NCBI GenBank assembly: GCA_030390025.1 | Contig: CM059432.1 | Span: forward strand, 114,454,001-114,518,000 | DNA from: Squalus acanthias | Lineage: Eukaryota | Length of the DNA: 64,000 nucleotides | Direction of reading: 5' to 3' | Part shown: piece by piece, positions 62,289 to 64,000 of the stretch | How the letters are laid out: each line of letters starts with the position of its first letter | How positions within the stretch are numbered: position 1 is the first letter of the stretch | The notes under the pieces: generated by a model | The model's database searches: none | Seen by the model: the letters and a program-made list of their open reading frames with translations, nothing else | What the model was told of the DNA's origin: nothing | Made by a program: the position numbers and the translations under genes

Positions 62289-64000
62289 TGGAACCGATGT
62301 CCTCGGGGTAATATTTGCTAAGGCAGTTCGGGAGGATTTAAACTAATATGGCAGGGGAATGGGAACCTATGTAGCGAAACAAGGGGAAGTAATATGCAGT
62401 CAGAAACAAATGTTAGAAGGGTGAGAAACAATAAGGGAAATCCGAGTAAACAAAGGCAAGAAACAGAAAGGGCCATACTAAATCATAAGTCTAAAAGGAC
62501 AAAGGGTGTTAATAAAACAAGCCTAAAGGCTCTGTGTCTTAATGCAAGGAGTATCCGTAATAAGGCAACACGGTGGCATAGTGGTTAGCACTGGTGCCTC
62601 ACAGCGCCAGAGACCCGGGTTCGAATCTGACCTCGGGTGACTGTCTGTGTGGAGTTTGCACATTCTCCCCGTGTCTGCGTGGGTTTCCTCCGGGTGCTCC
62701 GGTTTCCTCCCACAGTCCAAAAATGTGTGGGTTAGGTTGATTTGGCTATGATAAATTGACCCTTAGTGTTAGGGGGGATTAAATATGTGGGGTTATGGGG
62801 ATAGGATGGGATATGTTAGGGGGAATTAAATACGTGGGGTTACGGGGGTAGGGTGGGATATGTGTACTGTGGGGATTAAAGCAGGGACAGGGTACTGGAT
62901 TTGGATGATCAGCCATGATCGTATTGAATGGCGGAGCAGGCTCGACGGGCCGAATGGCCTACTCCTGCTCCTAGATTCTATGTTTCTATGTTTCTAAGGT
63001 GGATGAATTGACTGTGCAAATTGATGTTAACGGATATGATGTGATTGGGATTACAGAGACGTGGCTCCAGAACAATCAAGGCTGGGAACTGAATATCCAG
63101 GGGTATTCAACATTCAGGAAGGATAGAATAAAAGGAAAAGGGGGTGGGGTAGCATTGCTGGTTAAAAAGGAGATTAATGCAATAGCTAGGAAGGACATTA
63201 GCTTGGAGGATGTGGAATCAATATGGGTTGAGCTGCAGAACATCAAAGGGCAGAAAACGTTAGTGGGGGTTGTGTACAGACCTCCAAACAGTAGTCGTGA
63301 GGTGGGGGAGGGTATGAAACAGGAAATCAGAGGTGCATGCAAAAAAGGCGCAGCAGTTATCATGGGTGACTTTAATATGCATATAGATTGGGCTACTCAA
63401 ACTGGAAGCAATACGGTGGAGGAGGATTTCCTGGAGTGTTTAAGGGATGAACCAACTAGAGGGGAGGTCATCCTGGACTGGGTGTTGTGTAATGAGGAAG
63501 GACTAATCAGCAATCTTGTGGTGCGAGGCCCCTTGGGGAAGAGTGACCATAGTATGGTGGAGTTCTACATTAGGATGGAGAAGGAAACAGTTAATTCAGA
63601 GACCATGGTCCAGAACTTAAATAAGGGCAACTTTGAGGGTATGAGGCGTGAATTGGCGAGGTTAGATTGGCAAGCGATATTTAAGGGGTTATCAGTGGAA
63701 GGGCAATGGCAGACATTTAGAGATCACATGGATGAACTACAGCAATTGTACATCCCTGTCTGGCGTAAAAATAAAAAAGGGAAGGTGGCTCAACCATGGC
63801 TAACAAGGGAAATCAGGGATAGTATTAAAAGCAAGGAAGTGGCATACAAATTGGCCAGAAGTAGCAGCAAACTCGGGGACTGGGAGAACTTTAAAACTCA
63901 CAAGAGGAGGATGAAGGGTTTGATTAGGGCAGGGAAAATAAAATATGAAAGGAAGCTTGCGGAGAACATTAAAACGGACTGCAAAAGCTTCTATAAATAT
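62289..64000 (+). mobile_element. CR1 LINE (end of ORF1 and APE endonuclease of ORF2), runs off the window
   Basis: CLNARSIRNK|VDEL, YDVIGITETW, GGGVALLVK, GVVYRPP, VIMGDFN, GKSDHSMV. Confidence 0.92.
62566..62994 (+). mobile_element. HE1-type V-SINE (tRNA head, V-domain, CR1-derived tail)
   Basis: GGTGGCATAGTGGTTAGC A box, GGTTCGAATC B box, V-core TGTGGAGTTTGCACATTCTCCCCGTGTCTGCGTGGGTTTCCTCCGGGTGCTCCGGTTTCCTCCCAC; TSD TAAGG. Confidence 0.92.

Noticed and set aside
62566..62640. Functional tRNA genes (also 17720-17793, 24043-24130, 3050-3120)
   Set aside because: A/B boxes run directly into SINE or LINE bodies with tails and TSDs; no complete cloverleaf is evident.

Overview
Eukaryotic DNA, most likely from a shark or other elasmobranch; the HE1-type V-SINE, SacSINE1-type DeuSINE and abundant CR1/L2 LINEs point that way. 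The window is intergenic or deep-intronic and consists almost entirely of nested transposable elements. I could not support any host protein-coding exon, rRNA, true tRNA gene or CRISPR array. Contents: CR1, L2, Tx1/L1 and a second CR1/Jockey-group LINE that carries a tRNA-like head; a Neptune-type Penelope-like element (RT + GIY-YIG); short Penelope-type inserts with minimal hammerhead ribozymes; two near-complete but mutated PIF/Harbinger transposons (DDE transposase convergent with a 3-exon Myb/SANT gene); internally deleted Harbinger derivatives and many MITEs; a solo LTR; and a decayed DIRS element. The most unusual signals are (i) a ~30-copy 24-bp minisatellite built from the 5' core and stem II of a Penelope hammerhead, lying between two inverted Penelope termini; (ii) a 97-bp-arm palindromic insert with back-to-back hammerheads; and (iii) three local templated duplications inside Harbinger-type elements. 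All family assignments come from motif recognition by eye, not database searches.
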